DNA of 64,000 nt from Candidatus Nanoarchaeia archaeon (GTDB lineage Archaea; Nanobdellota; Nanobdellia; SCGC-AAA011-G17; JAFCDX01), in assembly GCA_028716945.1 (NCBI GenBank), contig JAQUOT010000001.1, positions 187,927 to 251,926 of the forward strand. The letters are read 5' to 3'. This document shows, piece after piece, positions 47,638 through 56,861 of this stretch (its first letter is position 1; each line of letters opens with the position of its first letter). Made by a program: the position numbers and the translations under genes. The notes under the pieces are model-generated. The model worked only from the letters and a program-made list of their open reading frames with translations, was not told the origin of the DNA and did no database searches.

Positions 47638-47969
47638 TTTTCATCCTTTGATTTTTCAATTACTATGAAATTTTTTGCTTTAGCTATAGGTCTACATTCA
47701 GCTATTTTTACTATATCCCCAATTTCTGCATTTATACAATCAGGATTATGAGCTTTTATTCTAGTTCTTTTCTTTTCGTATCTATCATATTTTTTAAGGA
47801 AAAATACTCTAGGCCATTCTACTGTAACGGTCTTATTAACATTTTTCTTGATAACTTTACCTGTAAATAGTCTTCCTCTTAGACTTATTGTTCCATGGAA
47901 AGCACAATTTACATCATTGCACTTTTCTTTTGGTGCTTGTACATCAATTCCGATTGATTTTTTTGCCAT
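47634..47969 (-). CDS. rps17: Ribosomal protein uS17
   Basis: ...CNDVNCAFHGTISLRGRLFTGKVIKKNVNKTVTVEW... Confidence 0.75.
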   Translation of the reverse strand: MAKKSIGIDVQAPKEKCNDVNCAFHGTISLRGRLFTGKVIKKNVNKTVTVEWPRVFFLKKYDRYEKKRTRIKAHNPDCINAEIGDIVKIAECRPIAKAKNFIVIEKSKDEK

Positions 47970-47970
47970 T

Positions 47971-48219
47971 TTATTTTGTCCTTTTCTTTATCCTGTCTTC
48001 AGGTCTTGAAACAATTGACTTTCCGTCAATTTTTGTGACTTTGTTTCCTGTGAAAAGATCAAATTCGACTTGATCCTTTATTATTTTTTTATCACCCTTC
48101 TTTGTTGAAAGCAAAATTGTATTTCTTGTCTCATCAATTACCTTGCCCTCGACGTTCATCAGTGATTTGTTTTTTGATTTTGTGATCTTTATATCGCTAC
48201 CGATTAACTCTTCTTTCAT
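47971..48219 (-). CDS. rnp1: RNase P protein component 1 (Rpp29/Pop4)
   Basis: ...LIGSDIKITKSKNKSLMNVEGKVIDETRNTILLST... in the canonical slot between uL29/SUI1 and uS17. Confidence 0.55.
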   Translation of the reverse strand: MKEELIGSDIKITKSKNKSLMNVEGKVIDETRNTILLSTKKGDKKIIKDQVEFDLFTGNKVTKIDGKSIVSRPEDRIKKRTK

Positions 48220-48524
48220 TGTACTTCAATTGTATCTGCATTAAAGCCAAATTTGACTAACCATTGTTTTACTTTTTCTTTATGATTTCCTTGTAATTCA
48301 ATTATTCCATCTTTCAAAGTTCCGCCACAAGCTAAACTTGATTTTAATTTTGTAGCTAATTCTTTGATGTTTACATCATTCTTGTTTAATCCTTCAACGA
48401 TTGTCATTTTTTTACCGTAGCTTCTTTCGACAGTTTTGATTTTTATCTTTTGTTTTTCTTTAGCCAAAACTTCGCATACGCAAAGGTCTTTTGGTAAACC
48501 ACACTTGTCACAAATCTCGCTCAC
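48216..48524 (-). CDS. sui1: Translation initiation factor SUI1 (aIF1) homologue
   Basis: ...SSLACGGTLKDGIIELQGNHKEKVKQWLVKFGF... Confidence 0.7.
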   Translation of the reverse strand: MSEICDKCGLPKDLCVCEVLAKEKQKIKIKTVERSYGKKMTIVEGLNKNDVNIKELATKLKSSLACGGTLKDGIIELQGNHKEKVKQWLVKFGFNADTIEVQ

Positions 48525-48530
48525 TTACTC

Positions 48531-48731
48531 TTAACCTCCTTTAATTTTTTTTTCATTTAATAAAGTTAATATTTTTGCAATGGTTTTTCTTAATGATTTT
48601 ATTTTACCTGGATTTTCTGGACTAGTACCTGTAGCCACTTGAGCATTAAGTTTCATTAATTCCTTTTCTATTTCTTCTAATCTAGCTTTCATGGTTTTTT
48701 CATCTAATTTTCTAAGTTCTTTTGTTTTCAT
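48531..48731 (-). CDS. rpl29: Ribosomal protein uL29
   Basis: MKTKELRKLDEKTMKARLEEIEKELMKLNAQ... Confidence 0.7.
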   Translation of the reverse strand: MKTKELRKLDEKTMKARLEEIEKELMKLNAQVATGTSPENPGKIKSLRKTIAKILTLLNEKKIKGG

Positions 48732-49558
48732 TTTTTATCTTCTGCTTTTTTCTCTGTTTTATGTTCTTTCTTTTTAACTTCTTTTTTTACTTTTTTCTCA
48801 ACGTTCTCAAGTTCTTTTTCAACTTTTTTTAATTCAGTTTCAATTTCTTTTTCTTCAATAGTTTCTTTTTTCAATTCTTTCTCAAATTTTTTAACATTTT
48901 CTTTGATTTCTTTTTCAATATCTTTTATTCCTTCTTTAACTGCTTCAACTTCTATAGGTTGTTCTTTTAATGTAACTTTATCAGGTAATTGAACATCTGG
49001 TTTTAGTATTGAAATTTTTACACCAATTGCTCCAGATCTTAACAAAGCAACAGCATAAGCTTTGTTTACTTTGTTCATTGAAACATCTCCTGATTTTTTC
49101 AAATAACCTGCTTTAAATCTCCAAGATTTTGCTCTTACACTAGGAAGTCCTCTTCCAGAGATTACTATTTCTGCTCCAAGAGCTCCTGCATTAATTATAT
49201 CTTCTAAAACTTTGTAACCAATTGATTTGAATCTCTTTGGACCGAATTTTTCGAATGAAGATACAATTCTTTTTGCAACAGATAAAGCATTCAAACTAGG
49301 ATTATCTATTTCTGCTACTTCTATTTGAGGATTTTCTAAATTAAAGTTTTTCTTCAATAATTTTGTTAAATCTTGGATGTTTGAACCTTTTCTTCCAACA
49401 ACTAATCCAGGTCTTGATGTGTAAATAATTATTTTTTCACCTAAAGGAGTTTTTTGTATTTCAGTATGCGAATAACTAGCTCTATTCAAATATTGGAAAA
49501 TAAATTCTTCTATTTGTTGCTTTCTCATTTTTTCACTAAGTATCTGTCTTTCAATCAT
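48728..49558 (-). CDS. rps3: Ribosomal protein uS3 (KH domain) with K/E-rich tail
   Basis: ...IIIYTSRPGLVVGRKGSNIQDL... Confidence 0.8.
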   Translation of the reverse strand: MIERQILSEKMRKQQIEEFIFQYLNRASYSHTEIQKTPLGEKIIIYTSRPGLVVGRKGSNIQDLTKLLKKNFNLENPQIEVAEIDNPSLNALSVAKRIVSSFEKFGPKRFKSIGYKVLEDIINAGALGAEIVISGRGLPSVRAKSWRFKAGYLKKSGDVSMNKVNKAYAVALLRSGAIGVKISILKPDVQLPDKVTLKEQPIEVEAVKEGIKDIEKEIKENVKKFEKELKKETIEEKEIETELKKVEKELENVEKKVKKEVKKKEHKTEKKAEDKK

Positions 49559-50004
49559 TTTTTAGTTTCCTTTTTTACTTCTTTCTTTTCTTCAGTTTTT
49601 TTCTCAACTTTTTCTTTTTCTTTAAGTACTAATTCAATATGAGTTGATTTCATTTGTCTTCTTCTTTTTCTACCAAAATGCCAGCTAGTAGGACCAAAAT
49701 TAGCAACTGCTTTTGCTATGAATAAATTTCCGGTTAATCCTTTGTTTTCTGCATTTTTTTCAACACTATTTAATAAATTTAATATTTCAGTACAAGCATT
49801 TATTGCAAATCTTCCTGCAGCCATTCCTCTTTTATGTCCCATATCTCTATTAAATGTTTTAAATGGAATTGGTTTTTTCAAATCTATTGAATCTTGCAAT
49901 ATTTTTTTAGCTTTATCTAATTCTTTATCTCTAATAGATTTACAAATTTCAATACTTTGTTTAGTTGAAATCCTTAATCCTTGTACGTTTAATTTAGCTT
50001 CCAT
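49555..50004 (-). CDS. rpl22: Ribosomal protein uL22
   Basis: ...NVQGLRISTKQSIEICKSIR... Confidence 0.8.
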   Translation of the reverse strand: MEAKLNVQGLRISTKQSIEICKSIRDKELDKAKKILQDSIDLKKPIPFKTFNRDMGHKRGMAAGRFAINACTEILNLLNSVEKNAENKGLTGNLFIAKAVANFGPTSWHFGRKRRRQMKSTHIELVLKEKEKVEKKTEEKKEVKKETKK

Positions 50005-50011
50005 TTTTCAT

Positions 50012-50407
50012 TTATTTAACTGATGCTGAAGCACTTGATCTTGTAGCTCCAATACCTGGTGCTGAGTGTGCAACTTTCTTTCTTGTAGCAGCAAACTCTC
50101 CAAGATAATGTCCTACCATATCTTCAGCGATTAATGTAGGAATGTATTCTTTACCATTATAAATATGAATTGTTAAACCAACCATCTCTGGTAAAACTAT
50201 CATATCTCTGACTTGAGTTTTAACTGGTTTCTTTGTTCTTCCTTCTTTGAATTTTTTTACTTTTAATAATAATAATTTTTCTTGATCATTAAATCCTCTT
50301 GTTAAAGATCTTCTTTGTCTAGCTGGGAAAATCTTTGCTAATTCAGATAATGACATTTTCTGCATTTCTTCTATTGTCTTTCCTTTGTATGTAAATTTCT
50401 TTGCCAT
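50012..50407 (-). CDS. rps19: Ribosomal protein uS19
   Basis: ...GKEYIPTLIAEDMVGHYLGEFAATRK... Confidence 0.8.
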   Translation of the reverse strand: MAKKFTYKGKTIEEMQKMSLSELAKIFPARQRRSLTRGFNDQEKLLLLKVKKFKEGRTKKPVKTQVRDMIVLPEMVGLTIHIYNGKEYIPTLIAEDMVGHYLGEFAATRKKVAHSAPGIGATRSSASASVK

Positions 50408-50408
50408 T

Positions 50409-51134
50409 TTATCTTTGATGTCCTGTTCTTCTTGCTCTTATTAATCCAACTTTTGCTCCAGGTGGTGCTCCTTTTCTTGGAATAGTCTTTCTACCTTTAT
50501 GTCTTCCACGACCACAACCAAATGGATGGTTAATTGGATTCATGGAAACTCCTGAAACAATAGGATAAAATCTATTTTTAGCACGGAATGCAAAACGTTT
50601 AGTTCCTGCTTTAACAAATGGCTTTTCTTTTCTTCCACCACCAGCAATAACTCCAATAGTTGCTCTGCAATCTCCGTTTAAAGTTAAATTCTTCTTTGAA
50701 GGTAATTTTACTATGATTTCTCCAGATTCTAATTTTGAAACTAATCTTGCTGAAGAACCTGCTGTTCTTATTAATTTTCCACCATCGCCAGGCATTAATT
50801 CTAAATTATAAATGAAACTTCCTTCAGGAATATTTTTTAAAGGCAATATATTTCCATTTTTTGGTTGTGCTTTTGTTCCAGATTCAATTAAATCATTAAC
50901 AGCAACATTTTCTGGAGCAATAAATAAACAATCTTCTTTTGTATCAAACTGAACTTTTAATAAAGGTGCTGAATGACCTGCGCAATTTACTATATCAACA
51001 ATTTTTCCTTTTACAACTTCTTGTTCTTTATCATCATACTTTCTATACTTAACTTTTCCAATATAGTTGAAACTAGGTGCATTGAACCTTAAGGTTCCTC
51101 TTCCCCGTCTTTGCTGAATTAAATTCTTTCCCAT
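50409..51134 (-). CDS. rpl2: Ribosomal protein uL2
   Basis: ...NPINHPFGCGRGRHKGRKTIPRKGAPPG... Confidence 0.85.
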   Translation of the reverse strand: MGKNLIQQRRGRGTLRFNAPSFNYIGKVKYRKYDDKEQEVVKGKIVDIVNCAGHSAPLLKVQFDTKEDCLFIAPENVAVNDLIESGTKAQPKNGNILPLKNIPEGSFIYNLELMPGDGGKLIRTAGSSARLVSKLESGEIIVKLPSKKNLTLNGDCRATIGVIAGGGRKEKPFVKAGTKRFAFRAKNRFYPIVSGVSMNPINHPFGCGRGRHKGRKTIPRKGAPPGAKVGLIRARRTGHQR

Positions 51135-51135
51135 T

Positions 51136-51387
51136 TTACATTAATCCCAATTTTGTAATAACATCCATCGCAGGAGTATCTGGAGATAATTTGATATATG
51201 CTCTCTTTTCTCCTTCAAGAGTTATGTAAGTATTTACTTTAACAACTTTTACTTTGAACATTTCTTCAATAGCTTTTTTTATTTCTGGTTTTGTAGCTTT
51301 AAATTCTACTGCGAATAGTAATTTGTTTTCAGATTCTATCAATCTTACAGCTTTTTCCGTTGTTAAAGGATATTTTAATATTCTCAT
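51136..51387 (-). CDS. rpl23: Ribosomal protein uL23
   Basis: [28 protein letters not shown]... Confidence 0.8.
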   Translation of the reverse strand: MRILKYPLTTEKAVRLIESENKLLFAVEFKATKPEIKKAIEEMFKVKVVKVNTYITLEGEKRAYIKLSPDTPAMDVITKLGLM

Positions 51388-52250
51388 TTCTTAGTAACCT
51401 TCTTCTTTTCTGTTTTCTTTTCAACTTTTTTAATTTGTTTTATTTCTTTTATAACTTCTTTAGGAATTTCTTTTATTGGAATAGTATCATTTGTGAATAA
51501 TTTGTTTTCTTTCAATTGATCAACTGCATTTTCAGTGTATAATGTTAATCTTCCAGGATTTGCTCCAGGTGCCAATAATTCTACATTTAAATTTCTTACA
51601 AAAGTTATATCTAACCCTGGTAAATTCAATGCTGATTTCAATAACTTACAGTTTTCATTTGAAACAACAATCAAAGGACCTTTTTTTGTAATGTATCTTC
51701 TTCCTCTTAATTTTCCTTTTCCTGCTCTTGTTTTTCTTTCTTCACATCTTTCTAATTCATTTTCTAATTTTAAATTCTTAAAAATATTATAAACTTCTTT
51801 TGTTTTTTGTAAATCTTCAAATTTATTTTCAATTATATAAGGTTTTGAACCTGCCAAAGCAGATCTTATTGCTTTTCTTCTTTCTTTTTTATTTATTTTT
51901 TCATCAAATATTTTTTCTGCTTTTGGAGGATGAGCTTTTCTTCCACCAACAGCATAAGGAGCAAATGCACCAACCCAACCAAATTGAGTTCCACGTCTCC
52001 ACATTGTTTTTCTTGGGGCTCTTGACATTCCCATACCATAAGCAGTTTTGTAATCTTTTCTTCTTCTAGATAATTTAGCAGAATTTCTTGTTCCTGCTTC
52101 ATACAAAGTACCATGACGTTGTCTGTTATGTGAAATTAAAGCAAAAAATGCTCTTTTAATTAAATCTGTTCTTACTTCTTCATCAAATTGTTCAGGTAAA
52201 TCTACTGATTTTGTTTTCTTTCCATCTAAATTATATACATCTGCTTTCAT
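51384..52250 (-). CDS. rpl4: Ribosomal protein uL4 with K-rich tail
   Basis: ...[20 protein letters not shown]... Confidence 0.8.
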   Translation of the reverse strand: MKADVYNLDGKKTKSVDLPEQFDEEVRTDLIKRAFFALISHNRQRHGTLYEAGTRNSAKLSRRRKDYKTAYGMGMSRAPRKTMWRRGTQFGWVGAFAPYAVGGRKAHPPKAEKIFDEKINKKERRKAIRSALAGSKPYIIENKFEDLQKTKEVYNIFKNLKLENELERCEERKTRAGKGKLRGRRYITKKGPLIVVSNENCKLLKSALNLPGLDITFVRNLNVELLAPGANPGRLTLYTENAVDQLKENKLFTNDTIPIKEIPKEVIKEIKQIKKVEKKTEKKKVTKK

Positions 52251-53203
52251 TTTTTAATAAATCTAACCTCAAATTGTGTATCTGGTTTTGATTTTCTTAA
52301 AGCATGAGTTAATTGAATAAATCTTTTCTTTGGTCCAGGGATAGAACCTCTTACTAATACAAAATCATTTTTAATAACCCCATAACTTCTAAATCCTTCT
52401 TTAGTCATATTTTCTGGCTTATCAGGATTTATTGCTACAATTAAATTATTATATTGTGTTCTTGAAAAGAATCCTAATTGTCCTTGTTGAGGTAATTTCC
52501 AATGAACCTTTCTAGGAGTAGTAGGACCTGAGTTACCTGCAGCTCTTCTTCTTTTTTCTGATTTATGTGATTTTAAATTAACCCCAAATCTTTTTACAAC
52601 ACCTTGTACACCTTTACCGGTTGTAACTGCATGAATATCCACAAATTCTCCTTGTTTAAAAGTATCTGATAATCTTATTTCTTTTCCCAATAAATTCTTA
52701 GCAAAATTTAATTTTTCATCTTTGTTTCCAGACAAAGCTAATTCTATAACTTCTGGTTTTTTCTTTCCAATAGTTGTTAATTTAGGATTAGCATGAACTA
52801 AAATTCTAACATCATCAAAATTAGTTGGAAATTCTTGTTTTATTTCTTTTTTCTTAGGAAGGTTTATTTTTCTTTTTAATTCTTTATCAAATTTATCAGC
52901 AATAACATCTTTAATAATTGTAGAACCATAACCTGCTTTTTTGTAAAATCTTAAGGAGAAAACGTTTAAGGGTGGACATTCAATAATAGTTGTTGGCCAC
53001 GCTATTTCCGTATTTTTTGTTATTGAAGTAGATTTAATATCTTGTACAATACAATGTGTCATTCCTACTTTATATCCTGCAAAACCAAGTATTTTTACTT
53101 CTGGTTTTTTAGCCCAAGATCTTATTCTAGGGTAGATTCTTTTAGCCCTCTTTCTAGGATAAAACTGCCAACTTCCGTGTTTTGGTCTATGTCCTTTAGG
53201 CAT
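52247..53203 (-). CDS. rpl3: Ribosomal protein uL3
   Basis: MPKGHRPKHGSWQFYPRKRAKRIYPRIRSW... Confidence 0.85.
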   Translation of the reverse strand: MPKGHRPKHGSWQFYPRKRAKRIYPRIRSWAKKPEVKILGFAGYKVGMTHCIVQDIKSTSITKNTEIAWPTTIIECPPLNVFSLRFYKKAGYGSTIIKDVIADKFDKELKRKINLPKKKEIKQEFPTNFDDVRILVHANPKLTTIGKKKPEVIELALSGNKDEKLNFAKNLLGKEIRLSDTFKQGEFVDIHAVTTGKGVQGVVKRFGVNLKSHKSEKRRRAAGNSGPTTPRKVHWKLPQQGQLGFFSRTQYNNLIVAINPDKPENMTKEGFRSYGVIKNDFVLVRGSIPGPKKRFIQLTHALRKSKPDTQFEVRFIKK

Positions 53204-53328
53204 TTTCTTTGATTATTTTTTAGTTTTATAGGCATTTATAAGCCTTTCTAGAATTAGCGACTAATTATTTTTATTACTGGTTGTGAAGTAAAGGTAATTT
53301 TAAAGTATTGATAAGATTTATATAGTTT

Positions 53329-53940
53329 TTGATTGTTTGGAGTTCTATGAAAACAAGGGGTTTAATTATATTTCCAATATTATTAGGATTGGTTTTATTT
53401 ATTTCTGGATGTAATACTATAACTGGAGAAGTTATTGGTTGTGGAGACCATTATTCATTTGTAGCAAATGCTTGTTGTTTAGATCAAAATGCAAATAAAA
53501 TATGTGATAAAGACGAATTTGCAATAAGAGAAGAATGTAGTATTAAAAGTGAATTTAAATGCTTATCTTACCAAGCAACCCCAGATAAAATAACTATAAA
53601 ATTAAAACCTGCTTTAAGTACAACAATTCCAATAGGTGACGGAGAAATAACTGCAGAGATGTTACCTGTTGCTGCTATATCCAAAATAACTCTACCTGAA
53701 GTAGGAATAAATGGTTGTAAAGGAGTTTACATTGATACTGTTGAAAATGGATTCAGAGGAACAGAAGAAAAAACATTTGAAATTCCTTGTGTAAGTGATA
53801 AAGGAGTTATTGATTCTGATATTATAATAGATTTCCTAGTTTACAAACCATCACATGCAAAAGGGCCATCAGCACCAACTTATAATTCTATAACTGCTTC
53901 TGTTAAAGGAACCTTTAGATCTTTAGTTGAAGAAGTTTAA
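53329..53940 (+). CDS. Secreted or lipoprotein-like hypothetical protein
   Basis: Signal peptide ending ...LFISGCNT (lipobox-like), Cys-rich mature part. Confidence 0.35.
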   Translation: MIVWSSMKTRGLIIFPILLGLVLFISGCNTITGEVIGCGDHYSFVANACCLDQNANKICDKDEFAIREECSIKSEFKCLSYQATPDKITIKLKPALSTTIPIGDGEITAEMLPVAAISKITLPEVGINGCKGVYIDTVENGFRGTEEKTFEIPCVSDKGVIDSDIIIDFLVYKPSHAKGPSAPTYNSITASVKGTFRSLVEEV

Positions 53941-54620
53941 ACCAATAATTCATGCTCTTTTTTTATTTCTTTTCCATCTAAATTTAGAATTCTAATTATT
54001 TTTCCTTTTCTTTTAGCTAATAATCTTGCTTTAGCAAAATCATCTTCACTTTCTTTAGGAATTATTAAATCTGTAATTTCATAAATATGTTTTATTATCA
54101 AATTACTAAAATCTTCTTTAACATCAAAAGTAAATTCTTTTGTAATATCTGTATTTTCAAATGAAGCAGAACAAAAATTATCTTTTAATGTACCTCCTGG
54201 TTTAGGTAAGGAATCTTTACAAGACAAATTGCAATTATCTGCTCTTAATTTCAATAATAAAAAATCAAACTTGAATTTTTCAATTATTTCTAATAATTTT
54301 TCTTTGGTAATTTCTTGTTCGGTAATGTCTGCCCTGTAAACTTTTCCCCTCTTAGAATATTCATTTTGTAAATCTAATTCTTTTTCAAAGTCTCTAAAAG
54401 CGACTATTGCTCCAGAAATATTAATTTTTGAAGAAGCTTCTTTAGCAATTAAGTAACATAAGAAGTTTGAAAACTCAAAACTTGTTTTTACAGATAATTT
54501 TTTAGATTTTTTTAAAGTAATTAAAGCTCTATCAGTATAATTACCTTTTCCAAATCTTTTAAATTGTTCATGAGCTAATTCGCTTCCTTTATTTTCAAAT
54601 ATTTCTTTTATGAAATTCAT
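53937..54620 (-). CDS. Hypothetical protein (227 aa)
   Basis: ORF only; no motif recognised. Confidence 0.3.
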   Translation of the reverse strand: MNFIKEIFENKGSELAHEQFKRFGKGNYTDRALITLKKSKKLSVKTSFEFSNFLCYLIAKEASSKINISGAIVAFRDFEKELDLQNEYSKRGKVYRADITEQEITKEKLLEIIEKFKFDFLLLKLRADNCNLSCKDSLPKPGGTLKDNFCSASFENTDITKEFTFDVKEDFSNLIIKHIYEITDLIIPKESEDDFAKARLLAKRKGKIIRILNLDGKEIKKEHELLV

Positions 54621-54726
54621 TTTTCACCTTGAATCATTTTATTATATTTTCCTTGTCCTATTAAAACCCAGTAGATTACTCCAACTGCAGTTATTCCAAG
54701 CATTACTATAAGCCAATTATTCATTT

Positions 54727-55221
54727 TTAAAGTTTTCCCATCTTACCTAAATGAAATTGGTAAGATAAATTATTAAATTCATTTGAATTATATAAATAAG
54801 ATTCTAATCTCCCACACAAAAATACATCTTTTATTTCATTTAATAAAATTATCCTACTACACGAAGTACAAGAAGGATCTCCTGGAAACTTACCAACCTC
54901 TCCCCCTTTATCTAATTTAACATGATATAATGTAGAATTTTTTATTTTAGAAGGATTATTTCTTAATGCTAATTGTATTGCATAATCCTCAGCATGTATT
55001 GCCCTACACAATTCTAAATGAGTTCCTCCTTCTAAATCAGTTCTTAAACAAGGATCACAAATATCTACACCAACAGGGAGATTATTTGCTTGAGATATTA
55101 AATTTCCATAAAAATCTACTATTATTACCCCTCGTTTAGATTTCTTACATTTAGAAAGTTTAGCTATACTTGTACAAATTTCTATATATTTTTTAATATC
55201 ATTAGAGTTAATTATTTCCAT
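54727..55221 (-). CDS. dCMP/cytidine deaminase family zinc enzyme
   Basis: ...SKRGVIIVDFYGN... and ...CRAIHAEDYAIQLA... (H-A-E) and ...PSCTSCSRIIL... (PC-x2-C). Confidence 0.55.
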   Translation of the reverse strand: MEIINSNDIKKYIEICTSIAKLSKCKKSKRGVIIVDFYGNLISQANNLPVGVDICDPCLRTDLEGGTHLELCRAIHAEDYAIQLALRNNPSKIKNSTLYHVKLDKGGEVGKFPGDPSCTSCSRIILLNEIKDVFLCGRLESYLYNSNEFNNLSYQFHLGKMGKL

Positions 55222-55792
55222 TTTTGTCCACCAAATAATTTAATATTGTAATACATTGTGAAGTAAAATAGTTTGTTCTTCCTAAACTAAATACTTCTTT
55301 TGTGTATCTTTTTATAAATTTTTTGTTGTTTTTAGGAATTCCTTCATGGTCTCCTAAAATAAATATTGGATTTTCTTTTAATCCTATATTAGAAATATCT
55401 TTTCCTCTTTTATCCAATAAATAAAAGTTTTTCTTACCTGATTCAACTAATTCTTTTATTAAAGCTTGAAAAGATTTTTTCTCTACAAAGATTCCTGGAA
55501 AAGCTTTTATTTTTTTACCTTGTTTATACTTCCATAAAACACTTTTTAATAAATTACCTACATCTTTTTTAGATATAGGCATTTCAGAATCATAAATAAA
55601 TTCGATATGTCTTGGTGGATCTGGTGGTCCATTAAGAATTAAATGAAAAATTGTATCTTCACGCATGTTATTTGAAACAAAAAAAGCATTAATTATAGAA
55701 TGTATAACTATGTCTAAACGTCCTGCTTGCATTAAATCATTAAAATTTCCTGAGGTTTGTCCATGATTGGATATTAAGATAAATTCTCTCAT
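55208..55792 (-). CDS. trmY: tRNA (pseudouridine54-N1)-methyltransferase TrmY-like (SPOUT, COG1901)
   Basis: MREFILISNHGQTSGNF...GRLDIVIHSIINAFFVSNNMREDT...LILNGPPDPP... closely follows the TrmY N-terminal pattern. Confidence 0.55.
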   Translation of the reverse strand: MREFILISNHGQTSGNFNDLMQAGRLDIVIHSIINAFFVSNNMREDTIFHLILNGPPDPPRHIEFIYDSEMPISKKDVGNLLKSVLWKYKQGKKIKAFPGIFVEKKSFQALIKELVESGKKNFYLLDKRGKDISNIGLKENPIFILGDHEGIPKNNKKFIKRYTKEVFSLGRTNYFTSQCITILNYLVDKNGNN

Positions 55793-55844
55793 AATTAATT
55801 CTAAATATTAACCTTTATAAATCTTAACTAAGTTTAAACATTAT

Positions 55845-55939
55845 AGCCCCTTAGTGTAGTGGCCAAATTGATTAAAAATCAAGGCTAGGCATACGAGACT
55901 CTGGATCTTGTGACGGAAGTTCGAATCTTCCAGGGGCTA
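55845..55939 (+). tRNA. tRNA-Gln (anticodon CUG) with about 22-nt D-arm intron
   Basis: Acceptor AGCCCCT/AGGGGCT (A1-U72 as in archaeal tRNA-Gln), anticodon arm CGAGA-CTCTGGA-TCTTG, T-arm GGAAG-TTCGAAT-CTTCC, discriminator A. D-arm insert contains hairpin TTGAT-taaaa-ATCAA. Confidence 0.55.
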
Positions 55940-55940
55940 C

Positions 55941-56013
55941 GCTCCCATAGTCTAGCGGTTAAGGATATGAGCTTCTCGAGCTCGTGACCTGGGTTCAAAT
56001 CCCAGTGGGAGCA
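55941..56013 (+). tRNA. tRNA-Glu (anticodon CUC), intronless, 1 nt downstream of tRNA-Gln
   Basis: Acceptor GCTCCCA/TGGGAGC, anticodon arm TGAGC-TTCTCGA-GCTCG, T-arm CTGGG-TTCAAAT-CCCAG. Confidence 0.65.
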
Positions 56014-56183
56014 TAATCAACTTCATTCTTAACTCACAGCGCTCAAATAATTATCCCTTCTTATAAGACTTATAACCTTAGTTCTTAACTCTGAGAGTTA
56101 GCAACAGTTATGATGTTGCTCTAGTAAACTATTATATCCTAAATCACAATAATATTTAAAAAGATAATTGAACTAAATTTAGT

Positions 56184-56366
56184 ATGAAAAACTCGTTAAA
56201 TGAGCTACTTATTTATCTAGGGATATTGATAGGATTATTTAATACATTTATGATACCAAATATATTGGAGATATCTAAAATATTCTGGTGGATTTCTGGT
56301 ATCGCGGTATTAATATTTACTATACCTACGCTTATTAAAGCATATCAAGTTATTATAGGCAAATAA
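56184..56366 (+). CDS. Small 2-TM membrane protein (hypothetical)
   Basis: 60-aa hydrophobic ORF. Confidence 0.25.
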   Translation: MKNSLNELLIYLGILIGLFNTFMIPNILEISKIFWWISGIAVLIFTIPTLIKAYQVIIGK

Positions 56367-56384
56367 ATTATAGGGGTTAAAAAG

Positions 56385-56636
56385 ATGTTTAATAAAAAAG
56401 ATTTATCAAATGTTAAAACAATATTCTTGAGCCCATTATTTTGGAAATATTCTACAATCACTTTATCAGAAATATTTTGTGTTTTTGTTATTTCCAATAT
56501 ATTATTTTCTACTGACCCTTGGTTTACAAATCTATATAAAACCCCCTATGTTATTTTCTTATTATTATTCCTCTTCCTTTATTATGTAATGGAAATATTT
56601 AAACAAAGGGAAAACTTACAAAAAGTAAAAATATAA
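56385..56636 (+). CDS. Small 2-TM membrane protein (hypothetical)
   Basis: 83-aa hydrophobic ORF preceded by an SD-like ggggttaaaaag. Followed by hairpin TTATCTT-ctcg-AAGATAA plus a T-tract (terminator-like). Confidence 0.25.
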   Translation: MFNKKDLSNVKTIFLSPLFWKYSTITLSEIFCVFVISNILFSTDPWFTNLYKTPYVIFLLLFLFLYYVMEIFKQRENLQKVKI

Positions 56637-56861
56637 AATAGACATCTGTCGATTTATCTTCTCGAAGATAATAATCTTTTTATACCTCTTTATCCTTATA
56701 CTAAAAACAGCGCACAAAAGTCTGATTAACAAAACAAAGGACAGGAAACTGACCTTAGTAGAGTTAAGGACAAAGTTGGTTCCGCACGGCGGGAGCATCT
56801 ATAATTTTACTATTTCTAAATTATAAATAAACTTTATATAGTTGCTTCACTTAATTATATT

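Noticed and set aside
56040-56130. Near-repeat agttcttaactc and hairpin AGCAACA-gttatga-TGTTGCT downstream of tRNA-Glu
   Set aside because: It could be a processing or termination hairpin for the tRNA transcript, but it is too short and isolated to call. No second copy was found.
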